Assembly: GCF_036321535.1 (NCBI RefSeq)
Contig: NC_087437.1
Span: 96,164,001 to 96,228,000, forward strand
Source: Camelus dromedarius
Taxonomy: Eukaryota
Reading direction: 5' to 3'
Length of the DNA stretch: 64,000 bases
Shown: positions 11,745 to 25,359 of the stretch, one piece after another
How the letters are laid out: every line of letters begins with the position of its first letter
How positions within the stretch are numbered: position 1 is the stretch's first letter
The notes under the pieces: generated by a model
Told to the model about the DNA's origin: nothing
Database searches by the model: none
What the model saw: only the letters and a program-made list of their open reading frames with translations
Made by a program: the position numbers and the translations under genes

Positions 11745-13384
11745 CTAAAAACAAATGTAGTTGTCTAGTGAGTTGTATATAGTGGATAGCTCATCTGCTT
11801 GTACACACTATACTAATGAACAAGTCGGCTGCCTCCACTCCGCACTCTTCCTTGAGGTAAGTCTGCCTTCATCATGACTTCTTTAGCCATATGCAAGCAT
11901 CATCCATGTTTGGGACATTTCTAGTGCAGAAGAATGAAGCTCATTTAAAACCCGAATCTGTTTGCAACACGTGAATAAAACATGTTCTGTATGGTTCCAT
12001 TCTTACATTGTTTAAATTATGACACCATTATTTTCCAAAAGAGAATTGCTATGTAGATTTTAAAGCCTGCAGTTCAGAGAAAAACATTTTTACTGAAAGA
12101 AATGGTGGTGTATTTAAAGTCAGTTTATCAAGGACTCAGTTGAACCAATAGGGTGAATATATTTTGAATTTAATGCCAACTCTAGTGATAATTTGCAGGA
12201 AATCTACACTTTCATACTATAGAAGGGCTAGAAATATTTCAAGATTTTACATAAAAGTTAGTTACTTGGGAAATAACAAATATGAATTATCAAAAATGTA
12301 TAAATAATATTAGAGCAAATACTTAGAATATAACAAAAAATTTTTCTTTGGAAAGTTCTAGTTTTTTCAAAGCTCAGTAGGAATTCTTCACTTTCTAATT
12401 ACTTTAAGAACTCCAGTTACCTTTTTAATATTAATCTTTATTTTAGAATATTAACCATTATAAAGAATAACACTGATATTAATATGGATCTTTCTGCAAA
12501 ATGCAAGAAGGCCATAGAGGAAAAGAATCAGTTTTATGTAAAGAGCTGCAAAATATAAAGATACTGAGAAATAATGCTTATTCTTAATTTTTAGCAAGTC
12601 ATTTACAATTTTACACTTCTTCCTTAGACCAAAAAAGGCTGAGACCTTAATCTAATACAATTAATATTACAATATTTATTTAGGTTGATGTACCATTAAT
12701 GTATGACATAATCAAATACCAAATGTTGCTTATCCTAACTTTTTAAAAAGAGAGGCGAAAAGTATTTATAAGAAGCTAATTTAGTATCTTGAAATAAACC
12801 AACATATAGTCACATAAAAGAGATTAAAGTCAAGTGCCATAGGTTTCTTTCCCCTTTTCTCCAGTATTTCAGAGACTACAGTACAGTTAGAAGTGTTGTC
12901 ATCATAGAGAATTTGTACTTTTAGTGAAGGGCCAGGATACAATAACACGGGTTCATGCACTTTTGAGACAAGAGAAAACAGAACCCGGAGGGGTTGGAAG
13001 GATCAGAGAAGTTAAAAGGGTGTTAAGTGTAGCAGAGAAAGATAGAGTTTTGATTCCATGTGCCAAAAGCACAGAGATACACTTTTTACTTTCCAAACAA
13101 ATTCCCTTGACACAGGCCACTGCAAGGAAGCCAAGATAACACCAGCAACTGAGCCTCCTCTGAGAGAACCATTTCTGAGTTAATCATCACAAGTCAAGGA
13201 CCAACAGCCTAAAATGAAAGGAGAAATGATGCAATCGGCATTGCAATATAATGCTACAGTAGATAAGAAAAAATCAAAGTGATTCAGTCAGTGATCACAG
13301 AAGAATGCGAAACCCTAGAGCTGAGGATACTTTTAAAACATGGGAAAGTTCAGTCCCGGTCCCTCTTATGTCCTGTTTTCTGTG

Positions 13385-14070
13385 TTTCTAAATGTCTGCT
13401 GAACATCTGCAAAAAATCTGTGCTGACTCTCTGAAACTCATTCTCCAAACAACCATCTCCTTTTCTGCATCTCCAGTTACATTCCTAAGCCCTTCCTAAT
13501 TCATTTCCTTCTAGTCCCTTCCATCTTCCTCATTGCCATCCGAATTACTTTTTTGAACCACTTATCTCTTGTTCTGTTACTCCATTCAAGCCTTACCTAG
13601 TTTGCTGATTCCACATCTAAACACCAAATGAGGTATCTGAGATCATTGCATATCCAGCCCAGCCTACCTTTGCAGTCCCATTCCCTCTGACAGCCTGCAC
13701 AGTTCCATTGCCTCACCTCTATGGCGTTAGTTCTCATTCCTTTGACTCACTTCTGGATTGTTACTAACTCTATTAACCACCACCTAACTTCATAGTCCAA
13801 ATCAATATCATCTGTTTTATCACTCCGATTCTGCCTCATCTTCAACCCTGCCTTAGGAGAATCAATCTCCCTACCTCCTGTGTTTTTTAAACAGTATGCA
13901 TACAGTAGCATATCAGGTCTCTACAAACGACAGTTTGTGGCTTATACATGTTTCCTCTTCTAGAGAGTGGAACTCTGGAGATTAGAAACTATATTATTAT
14001 TCATTTTCGTATCTCACATACAGGGACATCACACAGTAAAAATTCAGTAAACATTGGGCATAATGAATTA
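13385..14070 (+). mobile_element. L2 LINE 3' fragment, degraded
   Basis: C/T-rich L2-like body with terminal CACACAGTAAAATTCAGTAAACATTG...AATGAAT; boundaries approximate. Confidence 0.55.
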
Positions 14071-17000
14071 GATGTCTTCACTATATTCATTATTCAGTAT
14101 AAATTCTGTATGTGATTCTATTCCATGTGTAATTTCCTAGCAATGGCCTTATTTTAGTTACAGAAAAAAATGTACTCATAAGAACTTCTAGAAAATGTAT
14201 TAAATGAGGAATATAAGGTCAGTCAACTCTTGTTGATTACTCAGACAAGAGGGAAAGCAGTGATGTAATTAGTCCTTCCTGTGAAGATTTCCACATGCAT
14301 GTTTGCCAATCCTTAAACAAATCAACTATTTCCCTGTCTCTGTGTCTTTGCTCTGTTTTTATCTCAATCACTAATGCTCCTTACCATGGTCTCAGAAATC
14401 TCAGTTATTCATGAAGTTTTCTCTCATGCTTTATTCTCTTCCCTGGGAAGAGAGGGACATGGATGACATGGCTTCCAGTTGGTGTTGGTCAGTATAGAAA
14501 GATACTTTCTTTTCACTACTCTCAGTAAGCGCAAAGACTAAATACATGATTTCAGAGTTGAAGAGATGTGTGCCATAGAAATTTGCTCATGATGGGCAAC
14601 AGGAAACCTCATCAGCTTCAACTAAAGAGGGGCAAGAGCCCTCAGCGTAACATAGTTGAGTTTGCCTTCAAAATGGAGGGCACACACACAAAAAACAATA
14701 AACAGAAGGAAAAATGTTTTCTTTCCCTCTTTGTCAAGATATCTGTCTTTATCTTTGACTGCCCATCGACTCTATCTGAGATATAGCATATATATGATAT
14801 AAAGAATGGGTACATTTGCAGGAGATATTTCTAAAGAGAATTGGCACTATGCATGAATAAAAAAGTATTTAACATATTTTAAATTTCCTCCATGTTATAA
14901 AATTGTGAAAATTTATTTAACAATTACTGATCCCTCTCTGTGGCTACCATTCTTTCTTTAGATTTAAATACCAAGAATGATCTGAAGATTTCTGTAAACT
15001 ATTACAAAACAGGAAGACAATGATGCTAAGAAAAGAAAGACATTGATTCATCAGTTAGAAAGTAGGCTATTTTTGTGATAACCAGTTTTCTTTAACAAAT
15101 GTAAATATAAACATGAAAATTGAAATGAACACTTAGGTAAAACAGCTCAGGCAGAGATTCTTCACAAATTACAAGCAATCCATACCAATTTGACATGTTA
15201 TAGCCAAACATAATTAACACATATTTAAACATTTAATGAAAAATGAATTTGTGTCACATAGCCAGATTTATTTGTGTTTACATTTTCCATCTTTCCAAAG
15301 TTCTCAGGTTTAAAAATTGCTGAAAGGCCAAAAAAGTCTCAAATTTATTCAAGCTGTTAAAGAAGAACTGCAGATAGGACATTAAGTTGTTGCTCAAATG
15401 TTACTGAGCAGTAAAATACCATGATAAAGTGGCATCTTGCTGTGTCTCCATTACATCTTCAGCACTAAAATTAATTTATGATCAGTCATCAATTCATTTA
15501 CATGTCGTTTTATGCTAACTCCTTCCTTGCTGATAGACGCTTATCCTTAGATCCATTAAGCTAGAGTAAAGTGTATGCTTTGTAATATGACCTTGCTAAT
15601 TGTTGCATTACCATTTTTATGAGATACAAAAACTGGCTGTCCCCCATTTTTTCAGCCAATATTTAATCCAGGAACTCTTCCTATTAAGTGCAATCTGTCT
15701 AACTATCTGTTAAATAAAATCTTTAGCTCTAAGTGTCTTTGGACAAATCAATCCAAATATTGACCTCTGCCTAGATGTAGAAAAACATGCCTAATTTTTA
15801 GAAGTCCTTCTTTCCCTCAGATATATTGAATATGCATCAATTCACCTACATTCCTCAGAGAGAAAGGACTGTGTAATGTACATGGAAAGTAAAGTAAGAA
15901 ATTAAAAAAATCTCTTCCTTGGGACCTCTGACATCTGCTAACTTGTTCTACTCAAGTAAAAATTGAATATATGATATTCCCCTTTTATCTGTTAAATTTG
16001 AAGTTTGTATTTAATGTCTTTTTAAATACACCAAAGCGCTAAGAAAATTATTTAATGACTTTTAGCATTATCTCTGAAATTTCCCTATTATGAAAATATT
16101 TCCCTTAAGTTTTTGTAACAAAAGCAAGGCGTCAGGTCATGTTTTTAAGTGGCCAATTCTCTAAAAGCTGTGTGGTCTAGTAAGGTGGTTACGCTGCCAG
16201 GTTCTATTATTTTCAAAATGATCTGCTTTGGGACTTTCAGCAAAAACCTCCAAAGACATAAAATACAGAAAATATAGAGCCCCGATTCTCTTTCAACCAT
16301 AGTATTTACGTGGGGCCCAAAAATCAAGGAAACTTTTACTCATTTCACTTCCCAGCACTCACTCTCAGCCTCAATTTTTGTGATCACTGAGGCAGTTAGA
16401 ATCCTGGCTCCATGCTCAGGATATTTTCCTCCTGCCCTCTCTCCTATTGCTTTCTGTTTCTTTTTCCCTGTGGTGGTGGAGTCATTAAATCCAGGAAACA
16501 CACACCCTTGACTCCCACCATGGAAGTCAAAGAAGGAATTATCAAAGGCATCCCCCATTCCATTACCCAAAAATGGTGGGTTTGGCATTTAGGAAGAAAT
16601 AACTACAAGCACATTCTGGAAGACTGAAACAATTCTGTGTTTGCTTTCCAGACAAAAAAAGAATGTGATGTGATGTAATCAAAACACTTCTGTACTTTAT
16701 TATAACCAAATAGGTTTAAATTGTAAGTATAAATTAAATAAAAATTATAAAAATGCGATTCCCTTCAAAAAGTGCTAATAGAGTTGAATTTTGTTAGTGT
16801 GAGTCACTATAACTGAATATAGAACTAAATGTGAGAAAAACAATTAATAAACGTGACATCTAAAAATTACTGTTTTTAGTCTTGATTAAGTGTATGGGGG
16901 TGAAAACTGATGTTTCTAGAGATAATATAATATGTTGTATTTGTATAAATACATATTTATTCATACATGTATACATGCACACAGAAAGGGAGAGGAGAGA

Positions 17001-17114
17001 GACAGACTAGGAAATCATTTTCCTCCTGAATATGCTAAATCCAGAAATGAGAAGAAAGTTGAGCATTTCCAGAGCAAGGATCATGATAATTTATCTTCAG
17101 AGTAAGACTGACTG

Positions 17115-17247
17115 ATTTTGAACATTCTTATGCCATTTATCAGGTGGGTGACCTTAAAAAAGGCTTTAAGCCCCTCTGTGACTCAATTTCCTTATCTATA
17201 AAATGAGAATAAAAATAGGGCTGTGACAATTAAATAAGTTAACATAC
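17115..17247 (+). mobile_element. MIR SINE (interrupted by a MER58-like element)
   Basis: MIR core GTGACCTT...CTCTGTGACTCAATTTCCTTATCTATAAAATGAGAATAA. Confidence 0.7.
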
Positions 17248-17248
17248 A

Positions 17249-17412
17249 ACAGGGATCAGCAAACTTTTTCTATGAAGTGCCAGATACTAAGCATTTTCCA
17301 CTTTGCTGTCTCTGTCATATAATTTTTCTTTTTGTTCCTTGTTTTCTTACAACTGTTTAAAAATGTAAGAAACATTATTAGCTCACTAAGCCACACAGAA
17401 AGAAAACAAGCC
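17249..17412 (+). mobile_element. MER58B/C-like hAT-Charlie fragment
   Basis: Terminal CAGGGATCAGCAAACTTTTTCTATGAAGTGCCAGATA and internal TTTAAAAATGTAAGAAACATTATTAGCTC. Confidence 0.65.
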
Positions 17413-17596
17413 ACTGTTTAGAAGAATGCCTTTCATGTAAGGGCTATATATGTGCAAGTTATTATTATTAATATTATTATTATTAAATCTAAACACCCAG
17501 GCAAGCGGTTGGAAGGAAAAGACATTCCATAGATATCTGTTGTGGAAATAAATAAATAATGTAACAGATTTTCAAAGCACATTTTCCATTCCTGAG

Positions 17597-17984
17597 TTTT
17601 ATGGACTCAATATTGATGTCCCCCTAAAATTCATACATTGATGGTCTAACCCCTAATGTCATATAATATTTTGAGGTGGAGCCTTTGAGAAGTAATTAGG
17701 TTTAGATGAAATTATGAGAGTGAGGGTCATTATGATGCGATTAGTGACCTTATAAAAAGAGACCAGAGAGCTTGCTCTCTCTCTCTCTCTCTCTGTCTCT
17801 CTGCCATGTGGACACAGCGAGACGTCTCTCTACCAGCCAGGAAGAGGGCTCTCAACCGGCACCCAACTTGCCCGCACCTTGACCTTGGACTTCTCAGCTT
17901 CCAGAGCTATGAGAAATAAATATTTATTGTATAAGCCACCTAGTCTATGGTATTTTGTTATACCAACCCAACCAGCCTCAGACA
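17597..17984 (+). mobile_element. MaLR solo LTR (MLT1A-like), full length
   Basis: 5-bp target-site duplication CTGAG (17592-17596, 17985-17989); motifs CCCCTAAAATTCATA, GGACTTCTCAGCTTCCAGA, AATAAA and AAGCCACCTAGTCTATGGTATTTTGTTATA. Confidence 0.88.
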
Positions 17985-20748
17985 CTGAGATTATGGGCTA
18001 CAGAATTCCTGATACTTTCCTCTCTTCTTGGCCTTTTCCATTCATGAACCATTATTTCAAAAATTTTAAAGTCCTCATAAATTACTTAGTTGTTATGAAA
18101 ATATTTGAAAATAATACATCTATTTCTTTACAAAATGGGCTCTGTACTTTGTTAACGGCTGATAGTCCTTAATGTGGCAGTTGTTGGAATAGAACATATT
18201 TCAGAAGTAGAATTCTGAATAATTTTATATGAGGCTTATTAGCCCATCTCTGTTATCACTGGATTTTATCCTGGTTGGCGTTAGAGTTTCAGGGAATGGG
18301 ACACAACTGTTAGTTCTATTTAATAAAAAAAGGTCATTAGTTTCATGAAAATGGAAATATCAGAGAATTCAGATGAACGTAATGACTAATGTACTCACAC
18401 CACCCATGACTTTAGAACACAAAGTAAATTAAGATAAAATCAGAATCCTCTCTGTGGGCACTTACCATCTTAAAAACATAAAAAGCCAATGGAAATATTC
18501 TTTGTTTTATTGCCCACCTCATTTAGCACCATTAAACTAGCCTTGAATGTCTGAAGAAAACATAAACATGTTAGAGCAATATTCATTAGCATGTTGATTT
18601 CTGTAACATTGGGTCTGTACGTACATTCATCTCAGGGCCACCCCCATGTACATGAACGCGTGAGCACACACGTTCTAATACACCCAGGACCCAATTTATA
18701 TTCATGTACACACTCCTACATGCACTCACACATTTACATATGATCACAAGCAATTTACATATGATCACAAACCCTGTCTATACATCCAGACACACACTTC
18801 TGTACACACTTACACTCGCTACACACACATCTTTTTTGGAAAAAAAAAGTATTTTCTTTTATTTTTAACTTATATTTACTTATATTACATTTACACCCCA
18901 GAGAGCAAATTAAATCATTGATCTTATCTTCCCCACAAAGTTACTGAAAAGCCAAAAAGACAAAAAGAAAGAAAAGAGTTTCCTACTTGGCTACTTTTGT
19001 GTAGAGTGCAGCTTCTTTTCCTAAGGAGAGGTGTTAGTCACAGGATAAACTTATTGTGGAATACATACCTAAGCACCTTGAGGCTTTTATATATGGCAGT
19101 AATTAAGCAGTGAATTCAAGTAGGAAAACAGAGTGTTTTCTCGGCAATAAAAGCATCATTTGGAATGAACATTATACTAGCTACAAGGAGAAATTCAGAG
19201 TGTTTCTAACCACAGTCACATTAGATGGTGAAACATATTATGAACAGATGAGCATGTGAAAGTTCACAATGACATTCTCCTGATTTATAGATATATTTAT
19301 CATCCTTGACATTATAATATTTAATAAGAGAACTACATAGGCTGTGGCTGGCTTTTATCATTGCAATTCTTTACTGTATTGCTAATGGAAACGAGTTCAG
19401 TATCATTAGTGAGACATGTAAAAATATGCAGAATTTTAGCCTGAAGGAGATTATGCGAGAAATTGTGGCAACGGGGCTTAACATAACAGTGCCCTATTAA
19501 GTTAGCTCTCTGCATTCAAGGGTTTAAACTTTTGCTCTGACACCTTCAGTTGGAGTTGGATTTCAAATCACAGCAGTAGATCTGCAGTTCTTAAATCTTA
19601 ATTAGCTCGGCAAGCAGACAGCCCCCAGGTAAGAAGAAAAACGGGAAAGTGTAGGCTCCTGCATTACACTGTGTGATTCGGAAGTCACGGAGAGGGAGAA
19701 TATAGGTACCGTGTTTCTCCATCCCTGTCATAAAGCAGTTTCCATCAGTGTTTTTGAAATCTAACACGCAGTGCAAAATCCATGCCAATTAAGAAGCTGT
19801 TGGAGTAAAAATGAATTAAATGGGGTTGTGGTAAAATCCTTCCTAGAATGAAGGGTATCACGAAGGTAAATATAGAAATGGGTGCTTTACTGAGAAGACG
19901 GGCGACATACCCGGGCAACACACTGGTCGCAGTTATGTCTCTATAGTCGTGTAAGAGGCAACTTTGTGTGTAAAAGAACAGACACCTACTTGAGTAGGAA
20001 GAGAGAATTTTTCCTTCTCTCCATACTCATTGCGTATACATTAGGATTTAAGTTTTTGCAATAAAATTTGATAAATTTAAATCCTTGGAAATAGGCTGCA
20101 ATGCTGTGATCATCCTAGGAGAAGACCTTTTGCAGCCTTTCACTTAGTGAAGGGGGCCAGAGGAAGTTAAAGGAGCAAACAGCAAAAAATAACTGTATTT
20201 CTTGGGAGAGGAGCAATTATTGGATCCAACAAGATCAGCTGCATAAATGCATGGTTAGCTGGCTACACGTTTCCTCCACTCTGAAGAGAGTATCTCGTGC
20301 AACCGTGGAGAGGCTTATTCTGAAGACTTGCTTATTTTCATCAGTGAATGATTTTACAGAGTGAAATATCAAGCAACGTTTTAAGATTGCATTCACTGTG
20401 TATGTTGCTCCTGATATACAAAATATATCGTTTCGTCAAGTCAAGGTTTTTTATGTAGTAGACTTGGTTCCCCAGTAGAGTGAACTTTTCATGAAAGCCC
20501 TAGATATAATTGAGTTTTCTTTCATGTCTTTCAAGCTTTTTAAAATTCATGAATTTTCTTATCATTTCTGCAGCAAAGCAAAAGTATTCCCAAATCCTTT
20601 TTTCAATTTTGTGTTTAATATTAACATATTAAAAAATGTTACAGAAATAGATGGAGTGGGCTAAATCTTACTGAAGAAAGTATTTGATTTTCGATGCAAT
20701 TTAATGCTACAAATGGGTCAGTTACTCCTATAGAATCAGTTCTGTTAC

Positions 20749-20954
20749 CTGTCACAGAGCTGTCTAGATTGTCCATGCTGGACCCGGGCGTCTGCTCCAG
20801 GGCTCTCAGGGGCCTGGGGAGTTCTAAAACTTCTTCTTCGTCATCAGCATCATCATCTGGAACATCTGTTTCCAAATCAGAAATCAAGGCTCCGGACATG
20901 TAACCTAGTGGTGGAACCGGGGGCTGTGGAGGCTGATTATTGCTTTGGACGTGC
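20749..20954 (-). CDS. ROBO2: ROBO2 exon (206 nt): HVQSNNQPPQPPVPPLGYMSGALISDLETD...DNLDSSVT
   Basis: Acceptor ttctag|G, donor CAG|gtaaca; ORF 20639..21052; phase 2 to 1. Confidence 0.98.
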
Positions 20955-23084
20955 CTAGAATTCAAATGGGAAGGAGAGAAAAATAATTGGTTAGCATGCC
21001 ACCAAATTATAGTTAGAATTAAACAGCATGCCAGCGTGCTGTGGTAACTCATTTTGTCTTCTTGCTCTCCATTAACTAATTTTGGAGCTTATCATGCTTT
21101 CTTCTATTTCTGCAGAGCCAGCGGGCTGTGTATCCAAAACAGCCACGACAATATAGACTATTCCATCTTTTATGGGCACTTGTGGGATGATGCACAGAGG
21201 GGAAAATTCAGACCCAGCATTTTTGTACAAATAAATCACCCAAAGGAGATTAGAAATATTCATCACAAATACCTATTTAAAGATGATTTTTTTTTGTCCA
21301 AAAAGAATATAATTCTGGTCCCAGCTTTTTGTCAAAGTTCAGCTTAGCTGTGTAACCCCTGTGACCTGCTGGCCTTTATGAAGCAAAGATGTCCCATGAA
21401 AACCTAATACCAATATCCTCTCCCTCCAATCAGGAGCGTGTTCTCTGTCCTACGAGGCTTTCTACCTGCATGATCCCCCAGGAATCAGGCCAGGTGTTTG
21501 GAAATTTTAGCCCTGTTTGGGGTAGACATGACTACTTTGCATCACTGACCCAGCAAAGTCTCAAACACCTCAAAGGCAGAAAAGATTCATCTCAGCACTC
21601 TGCGTTGTGAACATTAGATGTGCCAAATCAATCAGCTGCAATGAATGGATAATCCCAACCTTGTGAAGTACATAGACCTTGAGTAATCATCTTTCTTTCA
21701 GAACTTATTATAGTGAAGATCAAATATAAGAGACTTGTTTCAAATCACGGGGCTAGCAAAATGTGGAGCTGGACACTGGATTCCAGTGGGCTCATTATGT
21801 GACTACTTAGAAGTTTTCTCTAAACCATCAAATGCTGAAGGAAAGCAAGTCTGCTATTTGTTATTGTCATTAAAGAGTGAATATAGCACATATTTTGACA
21901 CATTGTCTTTTTTTTTCCACCTTGATGCAAAGTACTTAAAAGACCTCTGCTAAGGGAGATTTAAACAAGTACTACATACTTTTATGATTCGTTTTTGAAT
22001 AAAGATACAAGATTTATTTTTCTTTAATATTTGCATTTTGGGGAAAATATTTCCTCTTTCAGAATGTGTTTAATACTCTTCTCCCAACTGTATTCTTGAA
22101 CTTGTGACCAACTCCAATGTTAACAAGATTCTAGATCTTTCAGTGTTCAGAGCCTAACATATTAGTTCTGGAGGCTACCATCAGGCCCACATCTTTAAAT
22201 TAACAGATTAGGAATTTGAGGTTCTAAGTTATTATCTGGCATTCATCACAGCTCATTCATTGAAAAGTCAGGAAGTTTCCTAACTACCATTACAGAAAAT
22301 CTTGAGTGTTGATGGCAACATCTTGTATAACACATAACCTCAAATTCTGTTTTGAATCAGGGATGGAGTAGGCCAAGTCATAAGCAAGAGAACACAAGGT
22401 AATATTTATATACATGATTCATTTTACTCTAATAATTTGCACTTTGGTCCCAGGAAGGACTGAAGAGACCAACACTGTAATCCTACATCATTGCTGACAC
22501 CCCTTGATGGAACAAAAACACATTAAGGGGTGAAAACGTATTCCTTGAGTTCAGCAGAATTAGATGAACAAGAAAAGGGTCCATAATGTTTATAAATATC
22601 TTCTAGTGACAGGCACTGTGTTGCTGTACTTCATGGGTCAATATGAACAGAATCCCTAGAGGTGAAGCCTGCAATTATTCTTTTTAAACACTTCTATGAT
22701 GCAGATGTGAGCCCAGATGGAGAGGCACCTCCATTCCAGTAGGGCAAGGTTCTGTGCGAGCATTTGAAACTTGGAACTCCTACATGGGGAATCAGTGTGA
22801 CATCCTGGAGGACTGTTGGACTGAATGGAAGCATGCTCAGAGGAAGAGGCAGGGTCTGCTCTGTGTGGGGACATGGAGCAGGTGTAGATGAACTAGTCTG
22901 TTCACTCATTTAGCAAGTGTCTGTGAACCACTCACTACGTGGGGCACTCTCCTAAGAGCAGAAAGACAGCAGTGAAGAATTCAGATGGAAAGCCAAGCCC
23001 TCTGAAAAATAACAGCTACCATACAGCTAGATACTTTACTAAGTACTGCATGAGTACAGACTCATTTAATTCTTTCAAAAACAA

Positions 23085-23695
23085 TGATGAGAAATAAAGA
23101 GAACAAAGAGAAGTTAGGTCTTTTCCCTGTACTCCTGATAGGTAATATCTAAGCACTAGCACATCCTGTTTGATAAAATCTTTGTTTACCTGGAGGCCAG
23201 AGGCTCCCCCCAAAGGTCTAACAATATGATTTATGCTGGGGGCTTGGAGTCATACGCCACCAGCTCCCCTTCTGGAGGGGCCAGAGACCCCGGTCAGCCA
23301 TGCAGATAGTTACCTATGTCTCTGTGATGGAGCTCCAATAAAGACGCTGAAACTCAAGGCTCATGTGAGCTTCCCTGGTTGGTGATACTCCATGCATACT
23401 GTCACACATCGTTGATGGGACATTATTCTTTCCATGACTCCACTGGGAGAGGACAACTGGAATTGTCCAGTTGGAATTTCCTAGCCTTTATCTCCCATGC
23501 ATTTCTTCTCTTGGTAGATTTTAACCTTTACCATTTCATTATGATAAACCATAACTTTGAGTATAATAGCTTTCAGTGAGTTCTATGGCTCCTTCTAGTG
23601 AATTCTTGAACATAACGGTGATGTTGGGGACTCAACAACTTGTACAATAGTGTCAGAAGTGAGCCTGGTCTTGGGGGAACTGCCCTCTCACTTTG
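23085..23695 (+). mobile_element. ERVL-class LTR (MER21/MER68/MER77-like) inserted into a minus-strand MIR (MIR halves about 23010-23085 and 23700-23820)
   Basis: GTGAGCTTCCCTGGTTGGTGATACTC, TGAGTATAATAGCTTTCAGTGAGTTCT and PBS-like GTGTCAGAAGTGAG; boundaries approximate. Confidence 0.7.
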
Positions 23696-23834
23696 TATAT
23701 GAGCCAATGACTATTATCATCATCATTTTATGAATGGGGGGCTGAAGCACAGAAGGATTAAACAAGTTGCCCACTGCCACACAGCTCGTAATAAGTGGCA
23801 GAGGCAGTGGTCCAACCTTGGCTGCCCCCAATCC

Positions 23835-23930
23835 AATTCCAGTCCAAACAATCAGAATATCGGGGATGGGGCCTACGTAACCAGGTTATCCAGATGATTC
23901 CAACATGCAGGCAGAGCTGAGAACCCCTGA
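23835..23930. mobile_element. MER5-like MITE fragment
   Basis: AATCAGAATATCGGGGATGGGGCC...CCAGATGATTC...CTGAGAACCCCTG. Confidence 0.55.
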
Positions 23931-24831
23931 GCAGGAACCTATGCTTTAAATGACTAAACTGCAGGGCTTTGCTTAATTAACTTGAAGGAAATCCTCTGGT
24001 TTTAAAGGTAGCTGGCTTCAGCTTCAATAGTGGTGTTCTATAAAGAAGACTGATGTAAAATAAAACTGTTTAACAGCAAATTGTCTTCGACCTTTGAAAA
24101 AACATCTGATGATCAAGGAAAATATTCAAGAACCTCTGGTTCTAAGAAAAGAATCTCTGAAGTAAGCTGATATTTCTGGTTTTAGAATCTCTTTGTGTAT
24201 TTAGCTAAAATAAATAGTTCACTAACACTGAGAATAAGACTTATCAGCTTACTTCAGCAGCTAAAACCATCAAAAAAGAAGCTAATGCTATTTCATAGAA
24301 ACTTACTCTAACTTCAAGCACAGGATGTAAATCAACAGGAGATAATCAGAGCTATGTCACTGAGATTTCATTTTCAGGAGTCAAATGTATATGTCACTGG
24401 GAGAAGGGAGAGCAAATAAGAAAAAAATAACTGTACAAAATTGTGAGAGTTGGTCCCACTTGTATTCCTGCCATGTTTTCATAGGATACATAAGAAGACT
24501 GCTATCTATACCATATGAAAGTTCATGGATTGATTAGAAAAAAAGGAATTTGGGATTTGTACTTTATTGTACACTTTTTTTGGTGGAAGGATGTATTTAC
24601 TGTTACTAATATTGTTTTTTTCTGTCTCTTTTAATTCAGCCCAAAGAAGGTCTTTTAATAACTGACACTGACCATATGTGACTTGCAGAAGCTTACATTT
24701 ACATATTCACAACTACATACAGAATTAATCCCAGGCAGTTTGAAGAATCTAAAAAGAGTCTTTCATTATGGTGTTGGGCGTGAGTTCAAGGATAAGCTAA
24801 CTGAAGCTAAACTGTAAATTAGAAAAGATTC

Positions 24832-24995
24832 TGGTGTAGCCAAAAGCACTTGAGCCTGAAATTCAGCAGATCTGAATTCTTGCTTCAGTTCACTGTAATT
24901 AGTTGTGTGACTTTGGTCAAATTATATAACATTTCTTCAGTTTATTTCTTTATCTAGATGATTAAGGAGTTGAACAAAAGCATTTCTAACCCCAG
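24832..24995 (+). mobile_element. MIR/MIR3 SINE
   Basis: AGCAGATCTGAATTCTTG...TAGTTGTGTGACTTTGGTCAAATTA core. Confidence 0.6.
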
Positions 24996-25098
24996 CTGTA
25001 GGATTTAGCAAGACTCTCTTGCGAATTTACTGTGAAAGAACAGTTCCTCCATCCATGTGTTGAAAGCTTGGCTCCCCTGACCTAGTGAGAATATTTAC

Positions 25099-25359
25099 CA
25101 TGTTTGCTTTGCTATATCAAACTGATAGGCCCTTGTCAACTCATCCAGGTGAGCTTGCAGCATTGGCTGCATCTCTTCCCGTGGGGATGGTGTAAGAGTT
25201 GCGGTGGACTGCTGTCCGAAGGAGACGGCAGGGGAAGAAGCCACGCCTCGGACAGGGGGTGTTGGGACGCGATCATCATCTTCTTCCAGTTCATCTTCCA
25301 TACCCTGGTGTAAGTAAGTTTGTACGGGTAACGGCGGGCACCAGCTGTCACTGTCATAG
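25099..25359 (-). CDS. ROBO2: ROBO2 exon (261 nt): [15 protein letters not shown]...[11 protein letters not shown]
   Basis: Acceptor tttcag|C, donor ATG|gtaaat; ORF 25095..25466; phase 2 to 2. Confidence 0.98.

Noticed and set aside
16340..16588. 82-aa minus-strand ORF (MPNPPFLGNG...) in ROBO2 sense orientation
   Set aside because: An in-frame TAA lies immediately before the ATG, so the nearest good acceptor (16624-16625) leads to a stop in phase 1. It has no resemblance to Robo sequence and is likely a chance ORF.
18732..18770. Tandem duplication ATTTACATATGATCACAA x2
   Set aside because: A local slippage duplication in a CA-rich low-complexity tract, with no sign of function.
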